Shown here: in pieces, positions 1 to 11,068 of the stretch
Numbering within the stretch: the first letter of the stretch is position 1
Layout: every line of letters begins with the position of its first letter
NCBI GenBank assembly: GCA_035221665.1
Contig: CM069165.1
Coordinates: forward strand, 18,662,001-18,726,000
Direction of reading: 5' to 3'
Source of the DNA: Okamejei kenojei
Lineage: Eukaryota
DNA: 64,000 nucleotides
Notes under the pieces: model-generated
The model's input: the letters and a program-made list of their open reading frames with translations, nothing else
What the model was told of the DNA's origin: nothing
Databases searched by the model: none
Translations under genes and position numbers: made by a program

Positions 1-364
1 TAAAAATAGACTCCCACCTGCAAAAGGAATCCTGCACCACGTTTATTGATTGAATATTGCACAGCTTAATATTAATGGTTTTGTCTAGACAATTTGGTAC
101 ATACCATCTCACTGAGTAGATGAAATATAAAACAAAAAGACTTGGTATGAATGTCTCTAGTTGCTTCAGATGTCATACAGCTCAGGGCTTTGCATTGGTT
201 TGGGAAATAATTCAGCCAATTTCCTTTTGACAAGATTGGCAACCACCACCAAGGTGAATTTTCAGTCGAATTGTCTTTTAACATTGTTCTTAACGTCACG
301 TTAAAGTACCAAAACTGACAAGGGTTTGACTGGATTGAATGTTATTCATAGGATAATCTGTTTT

Positions 365-900
365 ACAGTGCACCACTCCAGACAGCTCGCCAACAAGGTG
401 GCATTTCCACAAGGAACACTGATCAACAGTTCCGGCACTCTCAATACTGCCCCCTCAGACAGCTCACTCAGTCTAACAATGCAGTGTTCAATACTGTCCC
501 TCTGTCAGTGCTGCAATGCTTGTGACCTATTCCTCAGAGTATGCCAGTGTCTGTACTGCCAATTGTCTTTCAGCTTTCTTTAAAAACTGCTTTTCCAATA
601 ATGCAACAAAAAGCATTGACCTTCCAAGACTGTGACTGTCCCCAAGTTCTTGCTCTCTAAAACAATGGTGCTCTAAATACTACCCCCACCTCCTTAAAAA
701 TGCACATTTTCCTCAGTTCTGCTTCAACAGAAGTGGGGTGCTCTCGCACTCAATGCCCTGGCAGTGTGACACTGCCTCTTCAGCAGTGCAGTGGTCCCTC
801 TGTGTTGCCTGACAGTTTTGTGCTCTCTCAATAAGACCCTTCTGATAGTGTCGTGATCCCACATTACCCCCTCGCTAACAGTGCTATTCTCTCCCCCAGC
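365..900. repeat. Degenerate minisatellite-like array (about 30-bp units of the form acagtgc..ctctcaatactgccccctc.gacag)
   Basis: Imperfect recurring motifs: acagtgcaccactccagacag (about 365), acagttccggcactctcaatactgccccctcagacag (about 426), acaatgcagtgttcaatactgtccctctgtcag (about 476), with further variants to about 900. Confidence 0.45.
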
Positions 901-1576
901 ATTGTCCTGAAGTATCCGCTGAGCTTGCGAAATAATCGCTTCTCATGAATGTTAATAAATGGGAAGGCAGATGGCAGGTTTAAACAGCATCAAAGTAAAA
1001 AGAGAAAAATCCTGTTTGGGAGTTAAGTCCTTTGCAAAATCTCTCACAGATGTCATTGTACTCAGATCAAGTGCCCTTCAAAATATTTGTCCAAAGATTG
1101 TTTTCACATTTTTTTGCAAATGTAATTTACTCTGAAATAAAAGGCTATTATACCAAGAACAATACAACAGATTGTGCATTTCATAAGTCTGCAGCTCCAC
1201 TAGAAATTCATAAATAGAATATTCTGCCCATTTGAATTTAAACTCAAAAAAAAAATCTTTATTCCTTCCCTGCCTCTTAACCTTATTGATTCAGTGTTCT
1301 CCTTCTCTGCACAACAATCGTTTTAGCATTCATAACATTCCTGTTCCTTGCGGTCTTCTCCTCTGGGAATTGCCTGCTATTATAGAGCACCCCGACAGAT
1401 GGGATGTCCCTTGACTGTGAATTGCTGTGATGTCAGGGCAATGCTGTGTATAATTGGATAGATGTGCATTGGACCCTGTTTTGCACCGATTCTCTCAGAG
1501 CCATCAGCTGCATCACCAGCAAATCTCAGTCCCAGTGGGATTAAGGCTGTGCATGCATTTCATCACTCTTGCTGCC

Positions 1577-1583
1577 TCTATTA
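1577..1583 (+). promoter_or_regulatory. Candidate TATA-like element for the NDNF-like gene
   Basis: cTATTAAg lies about 105 nt upstream of a Kozak ATG (1686) and about 150 nt upstream of a donor site (1728). Positional support only. Confidence 0.25.
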
Positions 1584-1685
1584 AGTACAGAGCCCCAGCG
1601 ACAGAATTTAAACGAAAATTGGGGTACGACAGTCACTGCTTTCTGTCAGAGTAAACCAGTCTGAAAGAATTTGAGAGATTAGACC

Positions 1686-1727
1686 ATGGAGGAAAAGAGG
1701 ACTATTGGACGCAAGCGCAACACGCAG
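1686..1727 (+). CDS. Putative first coding exon of NDNF-like gene (MEEKRTIGRKRNTQ)
   Basis: accATGg Kozak context at 1686, 14 codons, donor CAG|GTAGAG at 1727/1728 in phase 0. In frame with the acceptor at 4063/4064. Confidence 0.4.
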
Positions 1728-2824
1728 GTAGAGTGATCACAATTGCCTTGTTGTAGAAAACATCTTTCGTGAAATGTTTCAGTAACTTTGCAAGATTAAT
1801 TCATTGCACCTCCTGGACTCAAAAGAAATACTTGGAGCTAATCATTCCATCTTGCTGCTGTCTCCACGTCTTTGTTAAAACACACCAGATGTTTCAGTGT
1901 TACTTGGGTGTATTTTGTATATATGTGTTATGTTAAGTATGTGCCTATATCTACATGTGTTTGTTAAACCTTGATCTGGTGGAATTTCCAAAGCAATAGT
2001 TTTGTTTGCATGTTGAATGCACAGCTGCATTTTGTATGTCTGTGTCTTTGTGTATGTGCCTGTGTTTCTTGTGCGACTGTTCCGTGTTTTGAGTAGTGAA
2101 TGGTTTCAGGGCAATTTCCTTAAAGCTTTCTGCACAAGTGGGTAACAGAGTATTGAACAATGGGTTTTTTTTAAGCATAGTTTTCCCAAAGGGAATAAAT
2201 GAACCCTGGCTGGCAATTTGACGGATCTGCTCATTTCATAAGATATATTCCCGAATTTCCAGTGATCTTGAGAGTGAGTGTGAATTGAGTGAGTGCAGGG
2301 GTTTCTGATGAGGTTAGAGCGGGAGAATGCTCACTGGGTTTGGAAAGATTTAACAATGAATGATCCTTGTTTTCTGAAATCTGTGAATGGGATCAGACGG
2401 TAGTGCCTTCAGGAATGTAGAAGATGCAGTCCTATGAATTCAGGGTCACATTGTATACTGAGCTTGGAGTTCTAACAAGCTTTCACAATGAATTCTGCCA
2501 CCATTGCCTCCGAGATGGTGCATCAGAACCAACTTCTCCGCAGATCCCAGGAAAACAGAATCTGCTGCCTGGGGATGGTTGCAGGGTTTGGCCTTCAGGC
2601 AGCAGGGGCTTGGGATAGCAGGGGCAGTAGCTTGGGCATCCAGTAGTCCGTAGGCAGTCTCCCTTTTGGTGAAAAAGAATGGCTATCAGGTGGAGAGATG
2701 TGGGGGTGGGAACACAGGGAACTCACAATTACCCATCACATCCTCTGAGCGTATCGAGCACCCATTTACACAGACCTTACTTTTATTTTGATCCCATCTG
2801 CTGCCTCTATTTTCTATCATTTAG

Positions 2825-3025
2825 ACACACAAGGTTCAACTTGCAGTGAGTGGCCAATTAACTTGTCAACCCACATGGGTGCGGGAGAAAACTAGAGGAC
2901 CCAGGGGGAAATACACAGGGCCACATGGTGAATGTGGGAACCCCACACAAAGAGCACCAGATGTCAGAATCCAACCTGACTCAATGGAGCTGCGAGGCAG
3001 CAGCATTAAGCGGTATTGCGCCACT
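2825..3025 (-). mobile_element. Degenerate tRNA-derived V-SINE (HE1-like)
   Basis: Reverse complement shows a tRNA-like head (gtggcgcaat..gctgctgcctcgcagctcc) and a V-core-like segment (tgtgtggggttcccacattc..). Confidence 0.65.
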
Positions 3026-3293
3026 CTGACAGGGACGAAAAAGGGAGGAGGTTGAGAGAAAAGTGTTGAGCGACTGAGTATAGAGTGGTGGTGGCAAGGG
3101 GAGAGTCCACAGAAAGGACTGTGGACAAAATCCAGTATCTGTGAATAAGTACAAAGACGGAGAATGCTCGCGCTAACACTCAGCTCCCCACGCACATGGT
3201 TTCCAATTGTCTTGGACCTTCCTGCCATTGAACCACGACACTGCTCTGTGGTAGCTGATATGCAACAGCCAATCCACATTGAAAGGATACACT

Positions 3294-3570
3294 CACAGGG
3301 CAGTAGAGGTATTGCCTTAGAGTGCCAGAGACCCCGGGCTGATCCTAACTACGGGTGTTGTCTGTACGGAGTTTGTACGTTTTCCCTGTGGGTTTTCTCT
3401 GGGTGCTCGGGTTTCCTCCCATATTCCGAAGACATGCAGGTTTGTAGGCTAATTGACGCCTGTAAAATGTCCCTCGTCTGTAGGATAAAACTAGGCTACG
3501 GGGATCGCTGGTTGGCGCAGACTCGGTGAACCGACGGGCTTGTTTCCACACGGCATCTCTAAACTATAGC
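3294..3570 (+). mobile_element. tRNA-derived V-SINE (HE1-like) with CR1-type tail
   Basis: V core gtctgtacggagtttgtacgttttccctgtgggttttctctgggtgctcgggtttcctccc; tail gactcggtgaaccgacgggcttgtttcc..atctctaaact. Shared with several other copies in the window. Confidence 0.85.
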
Positions 3571-4063
3571 TAGTTATTCTTGGTCCTGAGGGACAAAGAG
3601 GATCTCGGCTGAACTCCAAGCACATACAAACATGTTGTTGGTTTCAGATTTGTCAAATGCTGAATAGCTCGATGAGTATTTGAGATTAAATGTTGAAGAA
3701 ACATTACCCTGACCTCACTCTCCACATAATATAAAGAACGAGGCTCTAAGCAGAATCCCATTCAGCCCTTCAAGCATGCTAGCACCCGATGTTGGAAACA
3801 GCATACGGAATGCTTTGTCAGAATTCCATAACAAAGAGCAAGTGGACCCAGGGCAGAAAAGGAATCCGATTATCTTCCAATGGGTTGTGTTATTCTTGAA
3901 GGTAACATGTTAATGTAACTGAGACTGCTATTAAAAGTTATTTCATTGCTTCGCCAGGGCATTGAGATGTGCTTGGAACATCTGATGGTGTCCAAAAGCC
4001 TTTTTGTAATCTAACTAATATGGACTTGGATACAAGTGAAGTTTGTTCCACTTCAATCTACAG

Positions 4064-4263
4064 CTTCTGGTGGAAATGTTGGGCTCGCAGATACTTTGCC
4101 AACTTCTCCTTCACCTCGTCTGCCTGTGCCACAGTCCAAGGCCAGTCTTTGCCCAGCGACAGAGATGGGAGTGGGTCACCAATGAAGCCATGTACAACTA
4201 CTCCCCCCTCTTGCCAGATGGCACAGAAATAACCATCTTCCTCTTCAGAGACATGCCACAGAG
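4064..4263 (+). CDS. NDNF-like exon with signal-peptide-like N-terminus (ATG at 4076; MLGSQILCQLLLHLVCLC...LPDGTEITIFLFRDMPQR)
   Basis: Acceptor ctacag| at 4063 and donor AG|GTAAG at 4263 (phase 2). The exon end resembles the vertebrate NDNF segment IPDGAEISSYLFRDTPKR as recalled. Confidence 0.85.
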
Positions 4264-4599
4264 GTAAGCACTGTAGGCTTGTTTAGACAGTAGCCCATTG
4301 TAGGTGGCAGGCTAAAGTGAAGATGCAAGCTTTGCAGATATTCAGCATGGTTTTCAACTGGAGAAGCAATCAGATGCCCTGATCAGATGACCTAAACAAA
4401 GAACTAGACAATATCAAGATGTTCACAAGTATTTGATTTTGCATGCAGTGTATTTTTCTCTATATGTTATTTTCCAATTTCTGTGCTTAATCTATTTTGT
4501 AGCCATCAAACATTGCATTCAACTTCATTACTTTAGTCCTATTGATGTTCACACTGCTCAAAACATACAGGAGGACCAATGTGGTGGCCAGCCACAATA

Positions 4600-4900
4600 A
4601 CCTTTGCGTACTCAGCATGGACATCAGCTCCTGCAGAGTCATGGGCAGTTAGAGGCGAAGTGGCCCACTCCTGTTGCTGACAATCTAAGAAACTCGACAC
4701 CTTCCAGAAGAAAGCAGCCCACTGACTTAATGCCTCATCTATCACACAAACATTCATTCCCTCCATCATCGGCACTCCCCAGCAATCGCCATCCGCACAA
4801 TTTACTACAGTCACTCACTTGTTCTGACAACACTTTCCAAACCTATGGCTTCTCTCAACAAGGATACCAAGACACTAGTTGGTTGAGAACACCATCACCT
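4600..4900 (+). mobile_element. Old degraded LINE (CR1/L2 class) fragment
   Basis: aaagcagccc..aaacattcattccctccatcatcggcac..gacaacactttccaaacc resembles an old chondrichthyan LINE 3' region as recalled. No ORF support. Confidence 0.35.
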
Positions 4901-5131
4901 CAACTTTTAAGTTGCCCATCATGGACTCGGGATTATATCATCTTTTCTTCAATGTCACTGGGCCCAAATTCTTAATTTTTTTTATTCAACAGTACTGTCA
5001 AAATATCTGTACCAGACGAGTCATGGCTATTCAAAGAGGCAGTTCACCATCTACAAGGTACTAACTCAACTAGATGTTGCACTTACTGCCATTTCTAATT
5101 CACATGCTGGTTTGTACTCTTCTCTCCACAG

Positions 5132-5235
5132 GCATTACTTCCAGGTGAAGGACAAGAGCCCTTTCTCCATCAGAGTGAATCCTTGCGACGCTGCCCTTGA
5201 GTGGAGAGTCAGTGTTCAAGAGTGGCCAACACACA
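5132..5235 (+). CDS. NDNF-like exon (HYFQVKDKSPFSIRVNPCDAALEWRVSVQEWPTH)
   Basis: Acceptor tctctccacag| at 5131 and donor CA|GTAAGG at 5235 (phase 1). Matches the NDNF motif V-x-PCDA-x-LEW. Too short for the ORF track. Confidence 0.9.
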
Positions 5236-5489
5236 GTAAGGATTGTTATTTCGTCAGGTTAAGACCTTCAATGTCTATCTAAGACAATCGTGTGTACAAT
5301 CTCTACCCTATGTAAACCCCATCAACATGCACTATAAATATTCAAATCACCCAACTAAAATCGGAGTTCATTACATGTTCACTCATCCTTCCCGAAGATT
5401 CTCCCTGCTCAGTTTAATATATAATCTTCCCTGTACCCCACAGAATGATGTACTTCTCCAGCACTTTTAGTGAATGCCTGTCGAGAGAA

Positions 5490-5585
5490 GAGTATGAAAA
5501 AGGGTCTCGATCTGTAACGTCACCCATTCCTTCTCTCCAGAGATGCTGCCTGTCCCGCTGAGTTACTCCAGCTTTTTGTGTCTAT
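5490..5585 (+). mobile_element. Penelope-derived terminal fragment (damaged hammerhead core)
   Basis: aagggtctcgatctgtaacgtcacccattccttctctccagagatgctgcctgtcccgctgagttactccagc, the same motif that ends the GIY-YIG element at 35590-35715. Confidence 0.75.
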
Positions 5586-6304
5586 CATCGAGGGAAGAGT
5601 GCAAACCAGAACGTGAATTAGTAATTGCAGCATTTGGGATGTGGGAGTCGAGTATAAAATCTCATTTGTTGCACATCCCAACTCAGGTCATTCCAGAATG
5701 CCTGATAGTCACTACAGTAATGCTGGGAATGTCTGACATTCTCATTTCCAGCCTGGAATCACTGAAATATGTCTCTCTTTGTAGATAATCTTATCATTCA
5801 AGGTGCACACACAAACAATCCCTTTCTTTCAACAGAAGTAGGAATTGATGATAGTCAAAGTTATTCCTATGAATCATCCTTCGAGTCAGAATGTTGCGAG
5901 TTCAAGGCCCAAACTAGAGTTTAAAAAAAAAATCTAGCCTGACACTGGGAGAGTAGACCATCAGAGATGGAATCACATGGATGAGGCACTAAAGTAGAAC
6001 CCCACTTGTGCATAAATACTGGCTGATATTAAGATTTTTTTTTGAACGTGTGATGCATAAATATTGAGAGTGTTGGTAAGTTGGGAACGTAATGAAGAGG
6101 ATTTGTACAGTTAAGTATCATCCAGTAAGGTAATGGATCTGTTCACCAGTTCAAGGTAGTGGAAAGCCAATACATTGTATGGATGAACTTGTTGGGTTAC
6201 AGATTGAAGTGGAATTTTGAGTTTACTGTATTTAACCAGAATTTAAGCTCACTTGGCTCCTCAACATTTATAGTCCCAATGCAGTTAACAAATGGCAGGG
6301 TAGT

Positions 6305-6533
6305 GGATCAAGTTCATGTGATAGGACCAGAATTAGGCCATTTGGCCCATCAGGTCTACTCCACAATTCAATGATGGCTGATCTATCTCTCTCTCCTAAC
6401 CCCATTCTCCTGCCTTCTCCTCATAACCCCTGACACCCGTACTAATGAAGAATCCAGCTATCTCTCCCTTAAAAATATCCATTGACTTGGCCTCCACGGC
6501 CTTCTGTGGCAATGAATTCCAGATTCACCACCT
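6305..6533 (-). mobile_element. CR1 LINE 3' fragment immediately upstream of the NDNF-like last-exon acceptor
   Basis: tggcctccacggccttctgtggcaatgaattcc.. is homologous to the CR1 fragments at 13412 and 38186. Confidence 0.8.
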
Positions 6534-6556
6534 GATAGAATTTTTCTGAATTTCAG

Positions 6557-7921
6557 GCACTTATCGCTCTGAGAAGCTGGGGACACTTGAATGGGAACAG
6601 GTTACCACGAGAGATCTGTTTAGCTACAAGGGAAACACAGCGCAGACATTCGTGCGAGCTTCATCGCATTCAGCCTTGCACAATCTGGAGCTCCTTTCAA
6701 CTGAGAGGGACACCCAAATGAGAGTCTACCTGACAACCAAGCCAGAGAACGAGCCTCCAAACCCAGAGTTGCCATTTGACTCTCGAGTGAACGTTCGCCT
6801 CTGTGGGGCAGAGAACCGTGACCCTGGCCTGGAAGCCCAGCCCATCAGTGTTGCATGATGAGCAGAACATTCAGTATTGTCTCTTGGTCAACCAGAAGCA
6901 CAACTACCAAAGTCTCTGCGCTGCCCAAAACCAGGTGGGGCTTGAAGATGGTCTTTGGCCAGATCTGCCGGTGGTGGCCATCTACTCTGGAGGTCAGGAG
7001 ATCCATCTCACCAGAACTGAAGATATTCAACTCTCTACCAGTCTTCTCAGCCATCCCGTCTCCAGGGAAGCAAAGAGAGATGTCAGACAACTCTGTGTCG
7101 GCAACAGAAATATCTATTCAGTATTGGACTTGCAACCCAGCTCCCTTTACTACTTTGATGTGTTTGCTGTTAATGTTCTCACCAACACTAGCTCTGCCTA
7201 TATTGGCACCTTTGCAAAAACATTACAGTGGCCAGATCCATACACTCTCGATGTGAAGGACGGAATCATGGCCCAGGTTTACATCCAGAAGGACAGACAG
7301 AAATTCTATAGCTTCAGGCCCAAGAGTTGGCATAGAAGGGTGCAATTCACATTCCACTCATGTGGAAAACTGTACGTTACAATCGAGAGAAATGGTAAAC
7401 TAATTGTGTCTGAAAGCACAAATAACCTAAAGCATTTTAAGCTGAAAGGAAAAGCCAATGCAAAATACATAATTGGGATCAAATCCATGGAGGCCTCAGA
7501 GGTCCTTGTGAAGATTCTGGTATCCACACGTCCCAACAAACCTCTCTTTCCACGTCTCCCGGACAGCCTTAAAGTGAAATCCTTCAATAGGCTCAGAACC
7601 TGCAACTCTGTCACTTTGGCTTGGCTGGGAACGAGTGAGCAAAACAGGTACTGCCTCTACAAAAGGGAGATGGAGGAACAAACACTGGAAATCGAAAGAA
7701 AGCAGCAAAATGGGTGCCTTGGCCCCGAGACACGCAGCATTTCAGAGAATGTGGGCTGCAAGTATTTTCACCACCTCCACGCTCAGCGTGCAGTAGCAGT
7801 GCAGAAGGTCACTGGGCTGAAGGCAAGGACCACCTATCTATTCGATATCTATGTGATTGGGCACAAGGGTCATTCCGTCAAATACCAAAGTAAAGTGGTA
7901 AAAACAAGGAAGGCATGTTAA
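6557..7921 (+). CDS. NDNF-like terminal coding exon (two FN3-like repeats and NDNF C-terminus) with a 1-nt frameshift at about 6793-6796
   Basis: Acceptor tttcag| at 6556. First frame reads DLFSYKGN..LELLSTERDT..PELPFDSRVNV; the shifted frame reads GQRTVTLAWKPSP..YYFDVFAVN..SAYIGTFA..LRTCNSVTLAWLGT..YLFDIYVIGHKGHSVKYQSKVVKTRKAC, stop at 7921. These are hallmark NDNF motifs. Corrected length is 551 aa from ATG 4076. Confidence 0.9.
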
Positions 7922-8334
7922 CTTCACCCAGCTTCAGGGTAAACACTATTACAAGTGTCTGTCTAAGAAAATAGAGGGAGCCAGCACCCTTCTGGCAAGT
8001 TGCAATCAAATTATGCAACCCACTTTGCACCACCATCACGTTTATCAAAAATAACATTGTTGTCTCCAAATTATATTGTGGGACCCTCCCTGCACATTTT
8101 GCCAAATTCTACAGCTTCCTCCAAGTACACCTTTAATGTTTTCTGCAGTAAGTGTGCATAGAGAACTTTCATTAGTACACAACAATAGGAAGAGAAACTC
8201 TTGTATTTCTGTTGACCTTTCATGGAGTGCTTCTGAAGTAACGTCACAGACAAAATAGGAACAATTCCAATGGGCAAGAGGCTCTCCCCAGACTTTGTCA
8301 CATCCCCCAGCATTACATGAAGCCCAGCTTGAGA

Positions 8335-8430
8335 TCACATAAAGATGGATCCCAACCCGAAACGTCACCCATTCATTTTCTCCAGAGATGCTGCCTGACC
8401 CACTGAACATCTCCAACTTGGTGTCTCTCT
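8335..8430 (+). mobile_element. Penelope-derived terminal fragment in the presumed NDNF-like 3'UTR
   Basis: cccaacccgaaacgtcacccattcattttctccagagatgctgcctgacccactga; the CUGANGA core is degraded. Confidence 0.7.
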
Positions 8431-8754
8431 TTGAGGTTGCAAGACTTTGATGTCTGACTGAACTAACTTGTTTTTTGTTTTTGCTGTCCTGAAAAGTTTG
8501 CGTGGTTGCCGGTGTGTAGAATGGGAGTGTATCAGACAACATTGAATGAGATTGAACCAGGGATTTAAAATTGAACCTTTTAATTAGGTTTTGAGAAAAC
8601 ATGGACTTTGTGCTTTTGAGGAAAACACTTCAACCCAACTCAGGCAGACGGTTCAATAATTGAACAAAGGACCTCACCTCAGATGAGCCGCAGGGGCAGA
8701 CCACTTTAGATACCCACATCAAGTGGATATTTATCAATTCTGTTCAATTTTGCT

Positions 8755-8890
8755 TAGAAACATAGTCAAATAGGTGCAGGAGTAGGCGATTCTGCCCTTC
8801 GAGCCAGCACCGCCATTCAATATGATCATTGCTGATCATCTAAAATCAGTATCCCATTGCTGTTTTTACCCCATATCCCTTGATTCCTTA
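8755..8890 (-). mobile_element. CR1 LINE 3' tail
   Basis: tagaaacatag..aataggtgcaggagtaggc..cccttcgagccagcaccgccattcaat, same as the ends at 13412 and 38186. Confidence 0.8.
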
Positions 8891-8981
8891 AAATTCATGA
8901 ATGTTAGTAAGACTTGTATTTCAATCTATGGTTAAATCATCAACTATTTATGCATTTGTCTCGATATAACTTTTGCAATTT

Positions 8982-8987
8982 AATAAA
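8982..8987 (+). terminator. Candidate poly(A) signal of the NDNF-like gene
   Basis: AATAAA followed by ATTAAA, about 1.06 kb after the stop codon in an AT-rich context. Confidence 0.5.
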
Positions 8988-9504
8988 AGTAATTAAACAT
9001 TTATAAACACCTTTTCAGGATTTGTAAATCAATTCACTGCGGTGTCATCACTTTTAATACAGGAAACATGCCTGTTATTTTGAGCACAAGCAGATTCCAA
9101 AAACAGTAATTTTACACAACACACCATTTGTTCTAACTAATCCATGCCTGGGGTTATTATTTTATGCTCCATCACCTTGCACCATCTACACATGCAATGT
9201 TTTCTCCTTCAATGCACTTATCTTGCTTCTGTGCAGTGTGCCTCAGCTACTCCAGCTTCCCCATTGCACGAATACTTGTTTTCACACACTGCAATCTTCT
9301 TCTTCTTCTTTCGTGTGGCGTGCACAGCCTAAAGTTGTTGGACAACTTGTTCTATTTGATCTTCCATTTGTGCACGTCGAGTTGATTGCATTAGTCGAAA
9401 CAGGGCGGACAATGTGAAGGTTGCAATCTTCCACCCCACACTGTGATGTCCCAGTCAGTAATGTGATAAAAGAAAAGAAAATCTTGGTGATAGTGCTGGA
9501 CTAT

Positions 9505-9947
9505 AGGGGCTGTTCCACTGCAGCGACCTAATCTGCCAGTTTAGAAGAGTTTGCCCTCGACTCAAACTCACAGCATGGTCGACACGTGGTCCTTGGAGGT
9601 CACTGGAACTCTCCTTCAAGCTCGAGGAAAGTTCCCGAATACTCGCGGCCTCAGCTAGGTCACGGAAATGTTTTCAGCATGTTGAAAAATTTTCCTTGAG
9701 TAAAAATTGGTCGGCATGGTTTTTTTGAACTCGTAGTGCAGTGGAGTGGGGTCGCTATGTAGTTACAGGCAGTCGAGGGCAGCCGTAGGCAATCCTTTTC
9801 GCTGACCAGGCATTTTAATTGGCTCATTGGAGTTTTCAGGACCAAGGAAAACCGACCGGTAGGTAAAATGTCCGTTAAACTTTATTATAAGTTTTCTGGC
9901 TTCTTAAAAGACAGTCGCTGAAAGGTCGCGTCAGTGGGACAGGCCCT
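9505..9947. mobile_element. Non-autonomous DNA transposon (MITE), PIF/Harbinger-like
   Basis: 16-bp terminal inverted repeats aggggctgttccactg (9505-9520) and cagtgggacaggccct (9932-9947) with 2 mismatches; TTA follows the right end; CpG-richer than the flanks; internal palindrome ttttcagcatgttgaaaa. Confidence 0.75.
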
Positions 9948-10775
9948 TTAAGTATTTTGGTGCAGCGACAATTAATTTCTACTTTTATATGCATTTTAAT
10001 AAAATTCTACAGGCTGCATTTCAACAGACTGGAATGCTCCAAGGCACTAACGAGTCAATACAGTTTCTCTCGAGGGCAAATTTCACGGCTCCTACACAGG
10101 TCCAATGGGATTAATCACAGTGGGCTGCAAACATTTGGGAGATTCCACTGAATGACCCACTTCTCCAGTTTCCCCTGCTCCCCGGCTAGAAATACATCTC
10201 CCCCTCCCAGGGGGTTGTGCCTGGAACTACATCACCCAGAGTAGCACTGGTGAAGGATACTCTACTTGCACTCCAGGGTGCGAGAGAACTAGTTAGAAAA
10301 ATACTATTTAGCTTGCAGGTTACTGCCAGACTTTAAGCTCTCTCCAAGCCTTCTCTATACTTACTGCGATAGTAACCCCTCTTCTGAATCTTCACACATT
10401 CTAGGATCACAGAGCTGAAATGGTAAAAATTGCATGTTTATCCTCCCTATGCAGCTGAAGATCTCACTGCAAGTGAATTTAAATGTCAAGTGTAACAAAT
10501 TAAACTGGTGTGATTAATAATAGCTGGAGTGTGAATAATTACGCTGAAGTTGCAATGGTAAGTGATAAAGACAGCAATCAATTGTGGAAAATACAATCTG
10601 TTTGAGTGTGACTGAGTGCACATTCACACAGTTACAAACCCTACAGTTGGCATGGACTAATTCCCACTCAGTGACTCGTCACTTGGAACAGGTCTCCAGT
10701 CAAACTTGAAAAACTTGGATTTACCAAGCTACCGAGAATTTGAAGCCAGTTTCTTGTAACTTGCGGTAAGGAAAC

Positions 10776-11068
10776 TTTAGTTTAGTTCAGAGATACAGCG
10801 CGAACAGGCCCTTCAGCCCAGTCTCCATGCCGACCATTGATCACCCATTCACACTAGTCTGTTAGCCTACTTTCACATCCAATCCGTGGACACTTGGGGC
10901 AATTTACAGAGGCCAATAAACCTATAAATCTGCACATTGTTGGGATGTGGGAGGAAACAAGAACACCCATAGGAAATCCACTGTCACAGGGAGAACGGGC
11001 AAACTCCACACAGACAGTAGGCGAGGTCAGGATTGAACTCAGGTCCCTGGTGCCGTGAGGCAGCGGGC
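10776..11068 (-). mobile_element. tRNA-derived V-SINE (HE1-like)
   Basis: tttagtttagt tail, V core (aaactccacacagacag) and tRNA-like head on the reverse strand. Confidence 0.85.

Noticed and set aside
5870-6010. Possible DeuSINE-like remnant (also about 25500-25620)
   Set aside because: Too degenerate to support without an alignment.
6790-6803. Programmed ribosomal frameshift or micro-intron repairing the NDNF-like frame
   Set aside because: No recognisable slippery site or stimulatory signal, and homology is continuous across the site, leaving no room for a GT-AG intron.
6803-7921. The 372-aa ORF as a stand-alone gene
   Set aside because: It starts at GTG in mid-domain and is the post-frameshift part of the last NDNF-like exon.
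8045-8602. 185-aa antisense ORF
   Set aside because: It overlaps the presumed 3'UTR and a Penelope-derived fragment, with no recognisable domain or splice context.
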